This document shows, piece by piece, positions 1 through 8,377 of a DNA stretch of 26,403 nucleotides. Within the stretch, counting starts at the first letter, position 1. Each line of letters opens with the position of its first letter. Source of the stretch: a virus (taxonomy: Duplodnaviria > Caudoviricetes); the IMG/VR virus record IMGVR_UViG_3300044723_007638, positions 1-26,403 of that record; one strand, given 5' to 3'. The position numbers and the translations under genes were made by a program. The notes under the pieces were generated by a model. It was given only the letters and a program-made list of their open reading frames with translations. It ran no database searches and was not told where the DNA came from.

Positions 1-332
1 TCCCAATACTCTTCCATGAACGCCTCATGCTCTTCGTCGGTATGTTCCCAATGAAGGTAAACATCTTCTGAGCAACCGTCCCAAGTGTGGTCCATTTCAT
101 AATTGCCAAAGGCAGTTACCTCAAAGCAATTGTCATCAGCCAGTTCTTCTTCAGACAAGTTAGCATAGCGCAGGAGTTCTGCCTCCTCTTCCTCGTCTTC
201 AGGAGTGATAAGATACTCGCCATAACGCCAAAGAACATTGACTGATAAAGTTTTGCCAGTTTCTTCGTTTTTCCAAAACTCAACTTCTTCAACTGACTTC
301 TTGTACTTGTTACAAATCCTATAAGTTTTCAT
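1..332 (-). CDS. Acidic hypothetical phage protein (3' end runs off the window)
   Basis: ATG at 332 overlaps the TGA of the upstream gene (ATGA). The frame MKTYRICNKYKKSVEEVEFWKNEETGKTLSVNVLWRYGEY... stays open to position 1. Not in the ORF track. Confidence 0.75.
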   Translation of the reverse strand, partial: MKTYRICNKYKKSVEEVEFWKNEETGKTLSVNVLWRYGEYLITPEDEEEEAELLRYANLSEEELADDNCFEVTAFGNYEMDHTWDGCSEDVYLHWEHTDEEHEAFMEEYW

Positions 333-1351
333 CACTCCTCCAAGTCATAATGACCATCATCTCGTTGTCGCCAACGTTTGCCCCATCTCCAAACTTTCTT
401 GGGCTCCTTCTTTGCTGCGCTTTCAGCCATAACTCTAGCGGCATCATCCACAGCAAAAGAATCTTTCATAACTTCGTATTCTTCTAATTCTACCTCATCT
501 GGTAGGTCAAAGTCAACAGTTGTCTCATCATCTATTGGTTCCACGACAGGCGGTGCGACGATATCCACATCCTTTAGTATTTCTTCCTCTGTCAAATAAC
601 TAATTTCTTTCCTCTGTGCTAGGCTGACATTTGCTGCAAGAAGGAGAGTAATAGCAAGAGGATCAAAGACCACCACAAGAAGGATAATAACCCAGCGCAC
701 AGCTGCGCCAAAATAGTCTTCAGCTTCGTCTCCATAGATTAACTCCGCGATGTATTTTAGGGGACCAACTTCGACCTCGAGCGCCAGTTTCTCTTGTAGA
801 AGCGGCGTGAGATCTTTTTGGAGTCCATCGATGCGAATGTACGCAGCATCGATCGTCTCGTTGAGAAGGCTCCTCTCACCCGACTGTTTTTCGCGAACCG
901 CAATCGAACCTGTAGGGCCACGAATTCTGTCGTACTCAATGAGTACAGCGACTTGTTGATCCAGTTGCGCGAGTACCGTTTCTGCATCTGCAATGACTGA
1001 TTGCTGTCTCGCAATCTGTCTTTCCAAGTTGGTGATTTGTAATTCATTTGTCCCACCCACAGATATTGCATGTTCCAAGTGCGCTTTCGATAAGAAACCG
1101 AAAATGCCTAAGGAAGTTATAACCATTAATAAAAATACAGCCGTTGTAAGATAAGAGCGCAAAAGCAGTGGTGCCTTGCGCCAGTTCTGATGTAGCCATG
1201 TTGCAGTAATGAGTTTCCCGCATTCAAGCACTGCTCCCATAATAGCGATTGGGATAGCGGCACCAGAAAATATCGCGATGAGTCCGACGATGGAATACCA
1301 TGCCGCGACTCCTGCGATACTCAGCGCCGCAAGTAAGGTGAGAATTGCCAT
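332..1351 (-). CDS. Membrane protein with ~3 N-terminal TM helices, a long coiled coil, a further TM helix and an acidic tail
   Basis: Hydrophobic N-terminal segments, heptad-like region (LERQIARQQSVIADAETVLAQLDQQV), and WVIILLVVVFDPLAITLLLAAN. Confidence 0.8.
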   Translation of the reverse strand: MAILTLLAALSIAGVAAWYSIVGLIAIFSGAAIPIAIMGAVLECGKLITATWLHQNWRKAPLLLRSYLTTAVFLLMVITSLGIFGFLSKAHLEHAISVGGTNELQITNLERQIARQQSVIADAETVLAQLDQQVAVLIEYDRIRGPTGSIAVREKQSGERSLLNETIDAAYIRIDGLQKDLTPLLQEKLALEVEVGPLKYIAELIYGDEAEDYFGAAVRWVIILLVVVFDPLAITLLLAANVSLAQRKEISYLTEEEILKDVDIVAPPVVEPIDDETTVDFDLPDEVELEEYEVMKDSFAVDDAARVMAESAAKKEPKKVWRWGKRWRQRDDGHYDLEE

Positions 1352-1352
1352 A

Positions 1353-1853
1353 TTAGTTTCCTGAAGATGCTACATAAAACACATGGTCGTCTATCGTTCT
1401 CACTTTATTCATAGTAGATGCCCAATATGGCTCAACATGCGTTGCATGATACCATAATGAACCATCTGTCATATCAGATCTATCATCACGATAGTAAACA
1501 AACTCAGCAATCATACGCGCCTGTTTCCAGGCTTTCATATCATTTATTTGCTCTGGTTTGCCATCACAATACCAGCTGAATTGGCACTGATGTCGTTTCG
1601 GAACATAGTTACCTTTCCAGTTGGTATAGTATTTTGCTTGATAAACAACTCCACAAATGGTGTTGGGGAATTTGTCGCTGTCGACTCTGTTAATGGTAAC
1701 ATGACCCACTGCCAGTTGTCCAGCTATAGATTGTCCTCTCGCTTCAAAATAGATATTTTGAGCAAGGCAGTTAATCGCCTCCTCCACTTCTGGAGAATTT
1801 GATTGTGAACTGCCAGTATACAACAAACACAGCACAGCGACCAGATACTTCAT
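1353..1853 (-). CDS. Cell wall hydrolase, SleB/Hydrolase_2 family, with signal peptide
   Basis: Motifs CLAQNIYFEARGQ (catalytic Glu), VTINRV..FPNTICGVVYQ, CQFSWYCDGK, LWYHATHVEPYW and IDDHVFY. Confidence 0.93.
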   Translation of the reverse strand: MKYLVAVLCLLYTGSSQSNSPEVEEAINCLAQNIYFEARGQSIAGQLAVGHVTINRVDSDKFPNTICGVVYQAKYYTNWKGNYVPKRHQCQFSWYCDGKPEQINDMKAWKQARMIAEFVYYRDDRSDMTDGSLWYHATHVEPYWASTMNKVRTIDDHVFYVASSGN

Positions 1854-1854
1854 A

Positions 1855-2133
1855 TCAGTCCTCCGCAGAGCCAGCGATCACTTTATTTCGCTTGAGATCT
1901 TCTTGCTCGCCAGATATCTTGAAGATACGCCCATCAGCAGTTGCTACAGAAAGCACCTTTTTTAGCATCCGAACGTTTCCGTTGGGATATTTAGGATCTT
2001 TCGGATATGGCCACTTGAAGCCTACATGCACAACTTCGCCGTACATACGAATGCCATTGGGGTTCAGCTTGAACGAAATATTCTTGCCAACAACATCAAC
2101 AGGTGGCTGGATTACTTTTTTCTTCCTAGGCAT
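1855..2133 (-). CDS. Hypothetical basic protein
   Basis: 92-aa ORF packed tightly between co-oriented neighbours. Confidence 0.65.
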   Translation of the reverse strand: MPRKKKVIQPPVDVVGKNISFKLNPNGIRMYGEVVHVGFKWPYPKDPKYPNGNVRMLKKVLSVATADGRIFKISGEQEDLKRNKVIAGSAED

Positions 2134-2335
2134 CTACAACCTCTACTTTCCAAATAAAAGAACAATCTTCGTTCGCAACAAAATTACAAGTATTGTATGA
2201 GTCGAAAGTTCTCACCAATACTTCCCTTGAATACTCAGCGACAATAGGAAATGTCATGTGAATTTTGTCAGCATACCATTTAGTGCTATCGCTGCACTTT
2301 TCAACTAGCAGCCACTTCTTTTCTGTTGACTTCAT
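2126..2335 (-). CDS. Hypothetical protein
   Basis: 69-aa ORF with start/stop overlaps to both neighbours. Confidence 0.65.
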   Translation of the reverse strand: MKSTEKKWLLVEKCSDSTKWYADKIHMTFPIVAEYSREVLVRTFDSYNTCNFVANEDCSFIWKVEVVDA

Positions 2336-2607
2336 AAAAACAATTCCAAGGATTGGTATTCTCTACTCGCCCACGGATCAGCTTGCCACGGTCTCACAAA
2401 CTCAGTGGGCTCTGGTTCCCGCAACTCTTTAAAGGTGCGGTGTTTTTTACTGAAGGGAATTGCCTTGGAGAATTTCTCCCAGACATTACTGCCTTCTTTG
2501 CGCATGGCAATCAAGCGACCACCGTGCCCACCTTCAACCAGATAGTCGTGTTTGGGTACGGTGTAATCAACTTTTGTCCAGTTGGTGGTTTCGCGGAGAA
2601 TCTTCAA
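2332..2607 (-). CDS. Hypothetical phage protein
   Basis: 91-aa ORF with a 4-nt start/stop overlap on each side; ETTNW..VPKHDY..FSKKHRTFKEL. Confidence 0.7.
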   Translation of the reverse strand: MKILRETTNWTKVDYTVPKHDYLVEGGHGGRLIAMRKEGSNVWEKFSKAIPFSKKHRTFKELREPEPTEFVRPWQADPWASREYQSLELFL

Positions 2608-2801
2608 GCAGGTTCTCCCGAGCTGTTAGCTTCGCCAAACTCATAGAGGATACCATAGACAGTGTCCCATGCTTTTCTTGCTTCCTGCATCCGAATGTAG
2701 TTTTCGGGATTCGGATCACGGTCATAGTTGGTCTCTGCGATAGAGTATCGAGCAGAGAATGTTCCCTCAAGATGAGCCATCAATTCAGAAGTAGTAATCA
2801 T
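2604..2801 (-). CDS. Hypothetical protein (start revised to MITTSEL)
   Basis: ATG at 2801 overlaps the TGA of the small upstream ORF. Confidence 0.6.
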   Translation of the reverse strand: MITTSELMAHLEGTFSARYSIAETNYDRDPNPENYIRMQEARKAWDTVYGILYEFGEANSSGEPA

Positions 2802-2878
2802 ATTGCCATCCCCATCATAATTCCTAAAAGAGCGCCGAGACCGCCGCAAACCAAAAGACCAACAAATACATCTTTCAT
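2798..2878 (-). CDS. Small membrane peptide (26 aa, MKDVFVGLLVCGGLGALLGIMMGMAI)
   Basis: GAGGTG ribosome-binding site upstream, one hydrophobic helix, ATGA coupling to the next gene. Confidence 0.6.
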   Translation of the reverse strand: MKDVFVGLLVCGGLGALLGIMMGMAI

Positions 2879-2898
2879 TGACTCACCTCGATATTTCA

Positions 2899-3231
2899 TT
2901 ACAGATACTCAGGACCAGTCCAACGAACCCAAGAGAAGTCGCCATCAAGGATGTTACCACGCGCCTTGTTGCGCGCAGGAGCAGCCCAAGTAGCAGCTTT
3001 CAGGATATCGCCAGCGCGAAACTGCTTGTCGTCTTTCTTGACGATGAAGCCCCAAACCATCTCTTGGTTACCCAACTTCTTGACAACTTTGAGATACTTG
3101 CGACCTTCTTCAACGTGAAGATTATCGACCATTTCACCATAGTCGTTGTCGCTACCGTAGTCACCACGCGAACGCCAGCTGGCGTAGTCTTTACCAATAG
3201 CGTCAAAAAGTTCGTTCAAAGCGTTGTCCAT
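2899..3231 (-). CDS. Early hypothetical protein of a type seen in T4-like marine phages (start revised to MDNALNE)
   Basis: GAGGAG RBS before ATG 3231; motifs GRKYLKVV, VWGFI, GDILKAATWAAPARNKARGNI and WTGPEYL. First gene after an early promoter. Confidence 0.8.
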   Translation of the reverse strand: MDNALNELFDAIGKDYASWRSRGDYGSDNDYGEMVDNLHVEEGRKYLKVVKKLGNQEMVWGFIVKKDDKQFRAGDILKAATWAAPARNKARGNILDGDFSWVRWTGPEYL

Positions 3232-3240
3232 AATGTCTCT

Positions 3241-3319
3241 CCTCAACCAACAAGACAATTATGCCCCAGATAGCGGTCAAAAACAAGGGTAAAAACCTGA
3301 AGAGAATCAACAACTTACA
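3241..3319 (-). promoter_or_regulatory. Sigma70-type phage early promoter P1
   Basis: -35 TTGTTT (3286-3281), 17-nt spacer, -10 CATAAT (3263-3258). Upstream TGTAAGTTGTTGA box and downstream TGTCTTGTTGGTTGAGG are shared with P3. Confidence 0.8.
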
Positions 3320-4323
3320 ATTACGTTCTTGTCGAGAGTGAAATTAGTGCCGAGCATATGGTAGGTTTTAGCTCTGGGGTCGTTTGACCAGACCAGAACT
3401 TCGGGGTCGTCATACAAAAAATCACAGTTTTTGCAGTATGGGATTTCGTCGAATCGCTCCTCTCGGTGGAGCTTTCTCAACTCCTCATACTTCTCCCCAA
3501 AGTAAACCTCTTCAAATGATTGCTCGTCTAAATGACCGAGCACACTGAGCGATTCATTTGGAGGACCAAGAGTCTGACAGCAGGGAGTCATGGCAGCGGT
3601 GCGTAGGTCGATCCCGCCTGCGCGGATAGTCACCTCTGGTGCAAATGGGCGACCGCAAGTCTTGCGCACCGATGGGTCGCGAGCATAATTGGGTCTGTAG
3701 TTGCCCGACCAATTATGCATTTTCCAGATGTACCCAGTAACGCCAGTTGGATCAATAAAGTTTTGGCGATACATCGCGATCTCTAGGTCAGTAGATTTAT
3801 TGTTCAAAATCAGATGATATGAACTAACCTCGCAATTTGATCCCGACTGCTCGATGTAATCTTGCAAATCTATGACGTTATATTTTACAGTGAAGAAATT
3901 ATCAACGTCCATCCACTGACGGTATGTTCGAGTGTCATATCCGATTACACTGACTCGAATGAAGTCAATACCAGCATCGACGACTCGCTTCATGTAGTCG
4001 CCGTGCAGTCTCGCACCATTTGTGTACATGTATGCTTTGCAATCATACTTTTTGACAATCTCGATGTATTTGTCGAGATCTTTGGCCATGGTCGGATCGC
4101 CACTGCCTTCTAAATTAAACTGGGGGTGTCCATATTTGGGAACTATCTGGTCTACAACCGACTCAAATTGCTTGAGTGACATTTTACGAGTCCAGTTCTT
4201 TCCTCTCCCTGGATTTGTCTGCGGGCACATTTGACAAGTGTAGTTGCACCCACCTGCTACCTCAAGAACAACTCGCTCAAGTTTATTCGCCGTTGTCTTC
4301 AAGTGGGTCTTGTTTTGCCTCAT
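3307..4323 (-). CDS. Radical SAM protein with C-terminal SPASM/twitch domain
   Basis: CNYTCQMC (CxxxCxxC), YTNG, then CGRPF..TPCC..LGHL..YCKNC. Start uncertain (ATG 4323 or TTG 4302). Confidence 0.92.
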   Translation of the reverse strand: MRQNKTHLKTTANKLERVVLEVAGGCNYTCQMCPQTNPGRGKNWTRKMSLKQFESVVDQIVPKYGHPQFNLEGSGDPTMAKDLDKYIEIVKKYDCKAYMYTNGARLHGDYMKRVVDAGIDFIRVSVIGYDTRTYRQWMDVDNFFTVKYNVIDLQDYIEQSGSNCEVSSYHLILNNKSTDLEIAMYRQNFIDPTGVTGYIWKMHNWSGNYRPNYARDPSVRKTCGRPFAPEVTIRAGGIDLRTAAMTPCCQTLGPPNESLSVLGHLDEQSFEEVYFGEKYEELRKLHREERFDEIPYCKNCDFLYDDPEVLVWSNDPRAKTYHMLGTNFTLDKNVIVSC

Positions 4324-4945
4324 AGGTGTACCATCCAGTAACAATATATTTGTCTTGATTCAAATCAGGAGCTGCTCTGTGCTTATGTGTATATGCCGCT
4401 GGCCAGATAACAAGGGTGCCTTGCTCTGGTTTAACTGCCATATCTTGATATCTAAACTCAGTCTTTCCACCTTCTGTGACATCATTCAAATAAACCATCC
4501 AAACACCCAATCGTCTGGCGCAGTCCCAGTCATTCCCTTGTTCATAATGCCATTGACAGAACCCACCACCAGCAGAGGATTTTTGACATTTTAATTGCAT
4601 TGGATGGTCTAGCTCACTCCAAACACGAGAGGTGCCGTAATGATGAGTAAAATGGTACATGCTATATTGTTCTAGAACTCTCGTAAAAATATCTGTGAGT
4701 TTACTAGCAGAGGGATGATTGGTTAGCTGAATCGATTTATCAATTCGTTTCTGGTTATTGACTACGCGGACGCCATTTAGGTCATACCCTTCTTCTTCGG
4801 TGAACCCTTGTTCATGAGCATCTTTTGCAACCACATCAAATTTGTTGTCCATAAACTGCATAATCTCTTCACAAAGGAGTGGAGAATATGCATTAGGATA
4901 TATTCCAATGTGGTCAATTATTTTCGCGTTCGATAATGTAATCAT
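4283..4945 (-). CDS. 2OG-Fe(II) oxygenase (prolyl-4-hydroxylase-like)
   Basis: WHYE (HxE), MVYLNDVTEGGKTEF, GTLVIWPAAYTHKHRA and KYIVTGW. Confidence 0.92.
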   Translation of the reverse strand: MITLSNAKIIDHIGIYPNAYSPLLCEEIMQFMDNKFDVVAKDAHEQGFTEEEGYDLNGVRVVNNQKRIDKSIQLTNHPSASKLTDIFTRVLEQYSMYHFTHHYGTSRVWSELDHPMQLKCQKSSAGGGFCQWHYEQGNDWDCARRLGVWMVYLNDVTEGGKTEFRYQDMAVKPEQGTLVIWPAAYTHKHRAAPDLNQDKYIVTGWYTYEAKQDPLEDNGE

Positions 4946-5507
4946 ACACCTGTTGCCAGTCTTGCTTGAACACCAACCCTTCAGACTTAAAGCTGCTGTT
5001 GTAACTATGCTCTAGTACAATCGGATCAAATCCAAACTTAGCGCCGCAGATAGCGTTCTCAATTTTATCTTCAATCCAATACGCTCCCTTGTACTTATGC
5101 GATAGCTCTTCGAGGATTTCATCCTTTTCGGCGCCACATGCTAGGAAATGATAATCTGCAAAAGTATTTCTTCCAAATAACTTTTCTAGATTTTTAATTC
5201 TAAGTTTGTGTGCATTTTTATCAGTACTCAATGAGGTCACGCAGACGAATCTATATTGATGCCTCTCGTGCAATAACCGAACATAATATTGAGCATCACG
5301 AAGTGGAGGCAGAAAACCTATCGCTGCGCTGGAGTTAAAATATTCTATGAGCCGCATTATATCATCCACTTCAGGATACATTTCAGCTGCTCTGTAAACT
5401 CCCTCTTGCTCTACCTTTTTGTGTCCACGATGCTCCATCCATTCGTGCCAAGCATATTCCCAGTTTAGTATTACACCATCACAATCAGTCAGTATTATCT
5501 TCTTCAT
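4914..5507 (-). CDS. HAD-superfamily phosphatase / 5'(3')-deoxyribonucleotidase-like (T4 gp30.2-like)
   Basis: ILTDCDGVIL (DxD), VCVTS and WIEDKIENAICG. Confidence 0.85.
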   Translation of the reverse strand: MKKIILTDCDGVILNWEYAWHEWMEHRGHKKVEQEGVYRAAEMYPEVDDIMRLIEYFNSSAAIGFLPPLRDAQYYVRLLHERHQYRFVCVTSLSTDKNAHKLRIKNLEKLFGRNTFADYHFLACGAEKDEILEELSHKYKGAYWIEDKIENAICGAKFGFDPIVLEHSYNSSFKSEGLVFKQDWQQVYDYIIERENN

Positions 5508-6084
5508 CTTCTTCCCACGGCATTTTATACCACTCTCTTCCTATCGACAAACCAACCCTATTTTTCAAAGCAATCGTGTTGTGCCAAACCCCTCTTGGAA
5601 TATAGATTACATCTCCAGGGCATATGGTCTCAGATAAGATAGGATCCTGAGTGGTGGATTCCATTGTCATAAGGTGTTTTGTTTCTCCCCTTTCTTCATA
5701 CACCTCCCATAAAACTTTGCCAATTATGCCAATGTAAAGTACATCAGCAGTATCTCTGTGTATGCCAAACGTCTTTGAGTTTTTGCATAATGAACCATAC
5801 ATGTGAACTGATTTATTTCTACCGCCATACTCTTTGAATATCTCATGAGATAAAGCAGCCCAATATTGCATACGGTCGTGATTTTCTATACCATGAACAA
5901 CAAACCCGCCCGACTCTGGATATTTGTTTTTCTCGGGAAGATCTGCATTTTCTTGACCATTCTCATCAATCAAACGAACAGCTAGGTTCCAATCGAACAA
6001 ACGATCTTCTGGGATGACATTTCGAAGGACAACTGGTTCTCCGAGCTGTACAGCAGCTTTCAGTGTATTACTTAAATACCACAT
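5485..6084 (-). CDS. JmjC/cupin-domain 2OG-dependent oxygenase
   Basis: FGIHRD (HxD), GKVLWEVY and PGDVIYIPRGVWHNT. Confidence 0.88.
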   Translation of the reverse strand: MWYLSNTLKAAVQLGEPVVLRNVIPEDRLFDWNLAVRLIDENGQENADLPEKNKYPESGGFVVHGIENHDRMQYWAALSHEIFKEYGGRNKSVHMYGSLCKNSKTFGIHRDTADVLYIGIIGKVLWEVYEERGETKHLMTMESTTQDPILSETICPGDVIYIPRGVWHNTIALKNRVGLSIGREWYKMPWEEDEEDNTD

Positions 6085-6938
6085 CGGAATTGCCTCAGAT
6101 GATCTTGGTGACCCCTTTCAACCCAAACCTGCATATGTTCCAGTTTGTCGTCAGTAACAGTTTGTATATACTCAATGAGAGCAATCATGTTAGTGAACAC
6201 TTTAGCATGAGGAGTGTAGCACTCAGCCAAATCAGCTGCTTTAGTGCAAGTGATCATAGGAATTCCAAAGTTTCTAGCGACCATATGCCACATCCCGTCA
6301 TAACCCAAGCAGAACTCTGCTCTTTTAATTTCTTCATATGCCTTCATAAATGAATCGCGATATGTTAGCTCTACAATTTCATGATCAGGGAATCTTCTAC
6401 TCAATTCATGTTTAACGATATACCAATTTTCTATTGTAAGGTCACCCATCCTTTTATAGTCTTTGACTTCTTCTCGATTATCTTTGGGTGACCAAAAAAT
6501 AATTTTCTTTTCTGGTTCACGAGACTCTTCCCACCTCCAACTAGCGCACCCCATATCTGCAAATGGCATATTCCAATCAAAGTTTCGGGGCACATTTGCC
6601 TTTGTATCAGGAAAAAATAATCTTTTGGGTTTGAGTTTTCTTCTTTCCTCTTGATCTGTTATGTTCCAGCAATCAGAAAAAAGTTGCGAGCCGTAAACGT
6701 GGTGACAGTAAACTCTATGGCACTCAAAGTATTTTTCGTGCATCAATTGCCATCTAGTTTGTATAGTTTCTTGATCTTGGGGATGGTATAGGAATTCAGA
6801 TTTTTCTGGCCAATGCACTTCCAGTTCTACTGGAGAATCGTTCAAAGCAGACCAAGCATGAGCAAGATTCAGACTCCAGACGATATCGCCCGAACCTTCA
6901 CCTCCTTTAATCTGTATTTTTTCTAGTGTTGTCTGCAT
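6072..6938 (-). CDS. Putative GT-B fold glycosyltransferase (GT9-like)
   Basis: N-terminal GSGDIV; C-terminal IKRAEFCLGYDGMWHMVARNFGIPMI resembles the GT9 motif D(S/T)GxxHxAxAxxxP. Confidence 0.65.
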   Translation of the reverse strand: MQTTLEKIQIKGGEGSGDIVWSLNLAHAWSALNDSPVELEVHWPEKSEFLYHPQDQETIQTRWQLMHEKYFECHRVYCHHVYGSQLFSDCWNITDQEERRKLKPKRLFFPDTKANVPRNFDWNMPFADMGCASWRWEESREPEKKIIFWSPKDNREEVKDYKRMGDLTIENWYIVKHELSRRFPDHEIVELTYRDSFMKAYEEIKRAEFCLGYDGMWHMVARNFGIPMITCTKAADLAECYTPHAKVFTNMIALIEYIQTVTDDKLEHMQVWVERGHQDHLRQFRCGI

Positions 6939-7041
6939 TCACTTTTAGCTTTTGGTCTATTCTTTTTAAATCCATTTTGATTTTAAAGTTGAACCAAAGC
7001 AACCATAGTTTAGTTTTGAGTCTGTGCCACCAGTTACTCAT
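6907..7041 (-). CDS. Small hypothetical protein (44 aa, MSNWWHRLKTKLWLLWFNFKIK...)
   Basis: Open frame that fills the gap and overlaps both neighbours. Not in the ORF track. Confidence 0.45.
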   Translation of the reverse strand: MSNWWHRLKTKLWLLWFNFKIKMDLKRIDQKLKVNADNTRKNTD

Positions 7042-7345
7042 TTAAAAGTTGTCCTTCGTCGTTATGGTGGGAGCCATTCTTACCATTACCGCGATCGACA
7101 ACGCTAACGTGAGTCATATTACTCATATTGATATATGTTTTGTACCTGCTCACCTCAGCTTTGCCATTGGCAATAGAAACTGGATATCCAATTATATAAC
7201 CACAATCAGCCGTATATGGCGAATAGAATACATCCTTCATCTTATTCCACATAGATGAATAGACTCGGTAGATCTGAACCTCACCATGAACATAAGTAAT
7301 TGCAACATCGTGCCAAGACCAAGATGGCTCAGTGGGCGATTCCAT
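7034..7345 (-). CDS. Hypothetical protein
   Basis: 103-aa ORF with a GGAG RBS. Confidence 0.65.
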   Translation of the reverse strand: MESPTEPSWSWHDVAITYVHGEVQIYRVYSSMWNKMKDVFYSPYTADCGYIIGYPVSIANGKAEVSRYKTYINMSNMTHVSVVDRGNGKNGSHHNDEGQLLNE

Positions 7346-7348
7346 TGT

Positions 7349-7435
7349 TTATTCTCCGTCTACAATCAGCCAAATCACAACAACAGATAAGGCAGAAAAG
7401 TATATAACGAACGTCTGTAAAATTTCTGCACTCAT
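7349..7435 (-). CDS. Small membrane peptide (28 aa, MSAEILQTFVIYFSALSVVVIWLIVDGE)
   Basis: Fills the gap, single TM helix, AGGT upstream. Confidence 0.5.
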   Translation of the reverse strand: MSAEILQTFVIYFSALSVVVIWLIVDGE

Positions 7436-7443
7436 ATCTATAC

Positions 7444-7995
7444 CTATGAAGGCATCAGCCAAAGTTCTCTAACATGAACATTTGGCCAGTAAAAAAGAGT
7501 CTCAGCAATTAACATAGCCACATATGTTGGATCAAGTTTCTTCCCTTTGTGCTCAGCAGCAGCTGGCGTATCCAAGGCACCAAGAATAACATTTACAACT
7601 GGAACCGATTCAGAATCCCATTGAGCCGCTTTAACGATTTGGTGTTGTTCCAATTTTTCTTTGTGGTATGGAAGCATACCTTCTGGAATGACGTCGGGAT
7701 GATAGTTGATAATGTCACTTCCGATATGAACTATCATCTTTTCCTTATTGCCTCTCCAAACCTCAACAGCCTTTTGCAACAAGTTGGTAGTGTGTCCTTC
7801 TGGGACAAATGCATTATTAATTAAAACGTCACACTGTTCCAACTCATCAACGACTGCTTGTTTGCCTTCAATTGTAGAGAGATCGAAGCCAGTTGATGAG
7901 CTAAATCCTTTTACCTCAAAATCGATTTTGTTCAAGTCTTCGACCAATGCAGCGCCAAGTCCACTAGTGTGTCCAGTAATTGCTATCTTTTTCAT
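7444..7995 (-). CDS. Short-chain dehydrogenase/reductase (SDR)
   Basis: IAITGHTSGLG (TGxxxGxG), DVLINNA, IVHIGS and YHKEK (YxxxK). Start revised to ATG 7995 after GGAG. Confidence 0.88.
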   Translation of the reverse strand: MKKIAITGHTSGLGAALVEDLNKIDFEVKGFSSSTGFDLSTIEGKQAVVDELEQCDVLINNAFVPEGHTTNLLQKAVEVWRGNKEKMIVHIGSDIINYHPDVIPEGMLPYHKEKLEQHQIVKAAQWDSESVPVVNVILGALDTPAAAEHKGKKLDPTYVAMLIAETLFYWPNVHVRELWLMPS

Positions 7996-8010
7996 AATCA
8001 GCTCCAAAAA

Positions 8011-8037
8011 TGAGCAGTTTTAGCACTTGCTCAGGTG
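8011..8037 (-). ncRNA. Structured RNA element, copy A (pseudoknot-capable; could also act as a terminator)
   Basis: CAC-C-UGAGCA-A-GUG-CUAAAAC-UGCUCA followed by UUUUU. Confidence 0.55.
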
Positions 8038-8043
8038 GTAGAA

Positions 8044-8271
8044 TTACTTCGTGTTAGAGACGAAGTCGTTGATGCGAGCAGCATACTCTGCTATCTCTGA
8101 GAATGAAGGGAACTTCGGGAACTCAGGCACTTCTGGATTTTTACCAGCAGTCGTCTCCCAGTCAAACTTCATCATGAGTTCGTCACGTTTCATGTTGTGC
8201 TCAAACTCTAGCATCTCAGATGCTTTTTGGAAAATCTCGAACCTAAGTTCGAATGGCGTTTTATTAGACAT
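8044..8271 (-). CDS. Small phage protein (75 aa), probably highly expressed
   Basis: AC-rich unstructured leader ACACACTTAACACAACAC plus AGGAG RBS; MSNKTPFELRFEIF...FPSFSEIAEYAARINDFVSN. Confidence 0.85.
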   Translation of the reverse strand: MSNKTPFELRFEIFQKASEMLEFEHNMKRDELMMKFDWETTAGKNPEVPEFPKFPSFSEIAEYAARINDFVSNTK

Positions 8272-8299
8272 AATAGTCTCCTGTGTTGTGTTAAGTGTG

Positions 8300-8369
8300 T
8301 GAGCAGTTTTCCCACTTACTCAGGTGACGGTGCGTACCGACCAGAGCGAGTTTATCGTCGTCTCGGGAC
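8300..8369 (-). ncRNA. Tandem structured RNA elements (copies C and B) in the 5' leader of the 75-aa gene
   Basis: GUC-CCGAGAC-GAC-GAUAAA-CUCGCUC (8369-8344), a CGGU-ACGC-ACCG hairpin, then CAC-CUGAGUAA-GUG-GGAAAAC-UGCUCA (8326-8300). Confidence 0.55.
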
Positions 8370-8377
8370 ACTAATTC

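Noticed and set aside
8011-8369. Hammerhead ribozyme or a known riboswitch (preQ1, SAM-II/V)
   Set aside because: CUGAG is not followed by the CUGANGA/GAAA core, and I could not match the consensus of those riboswitch classes.
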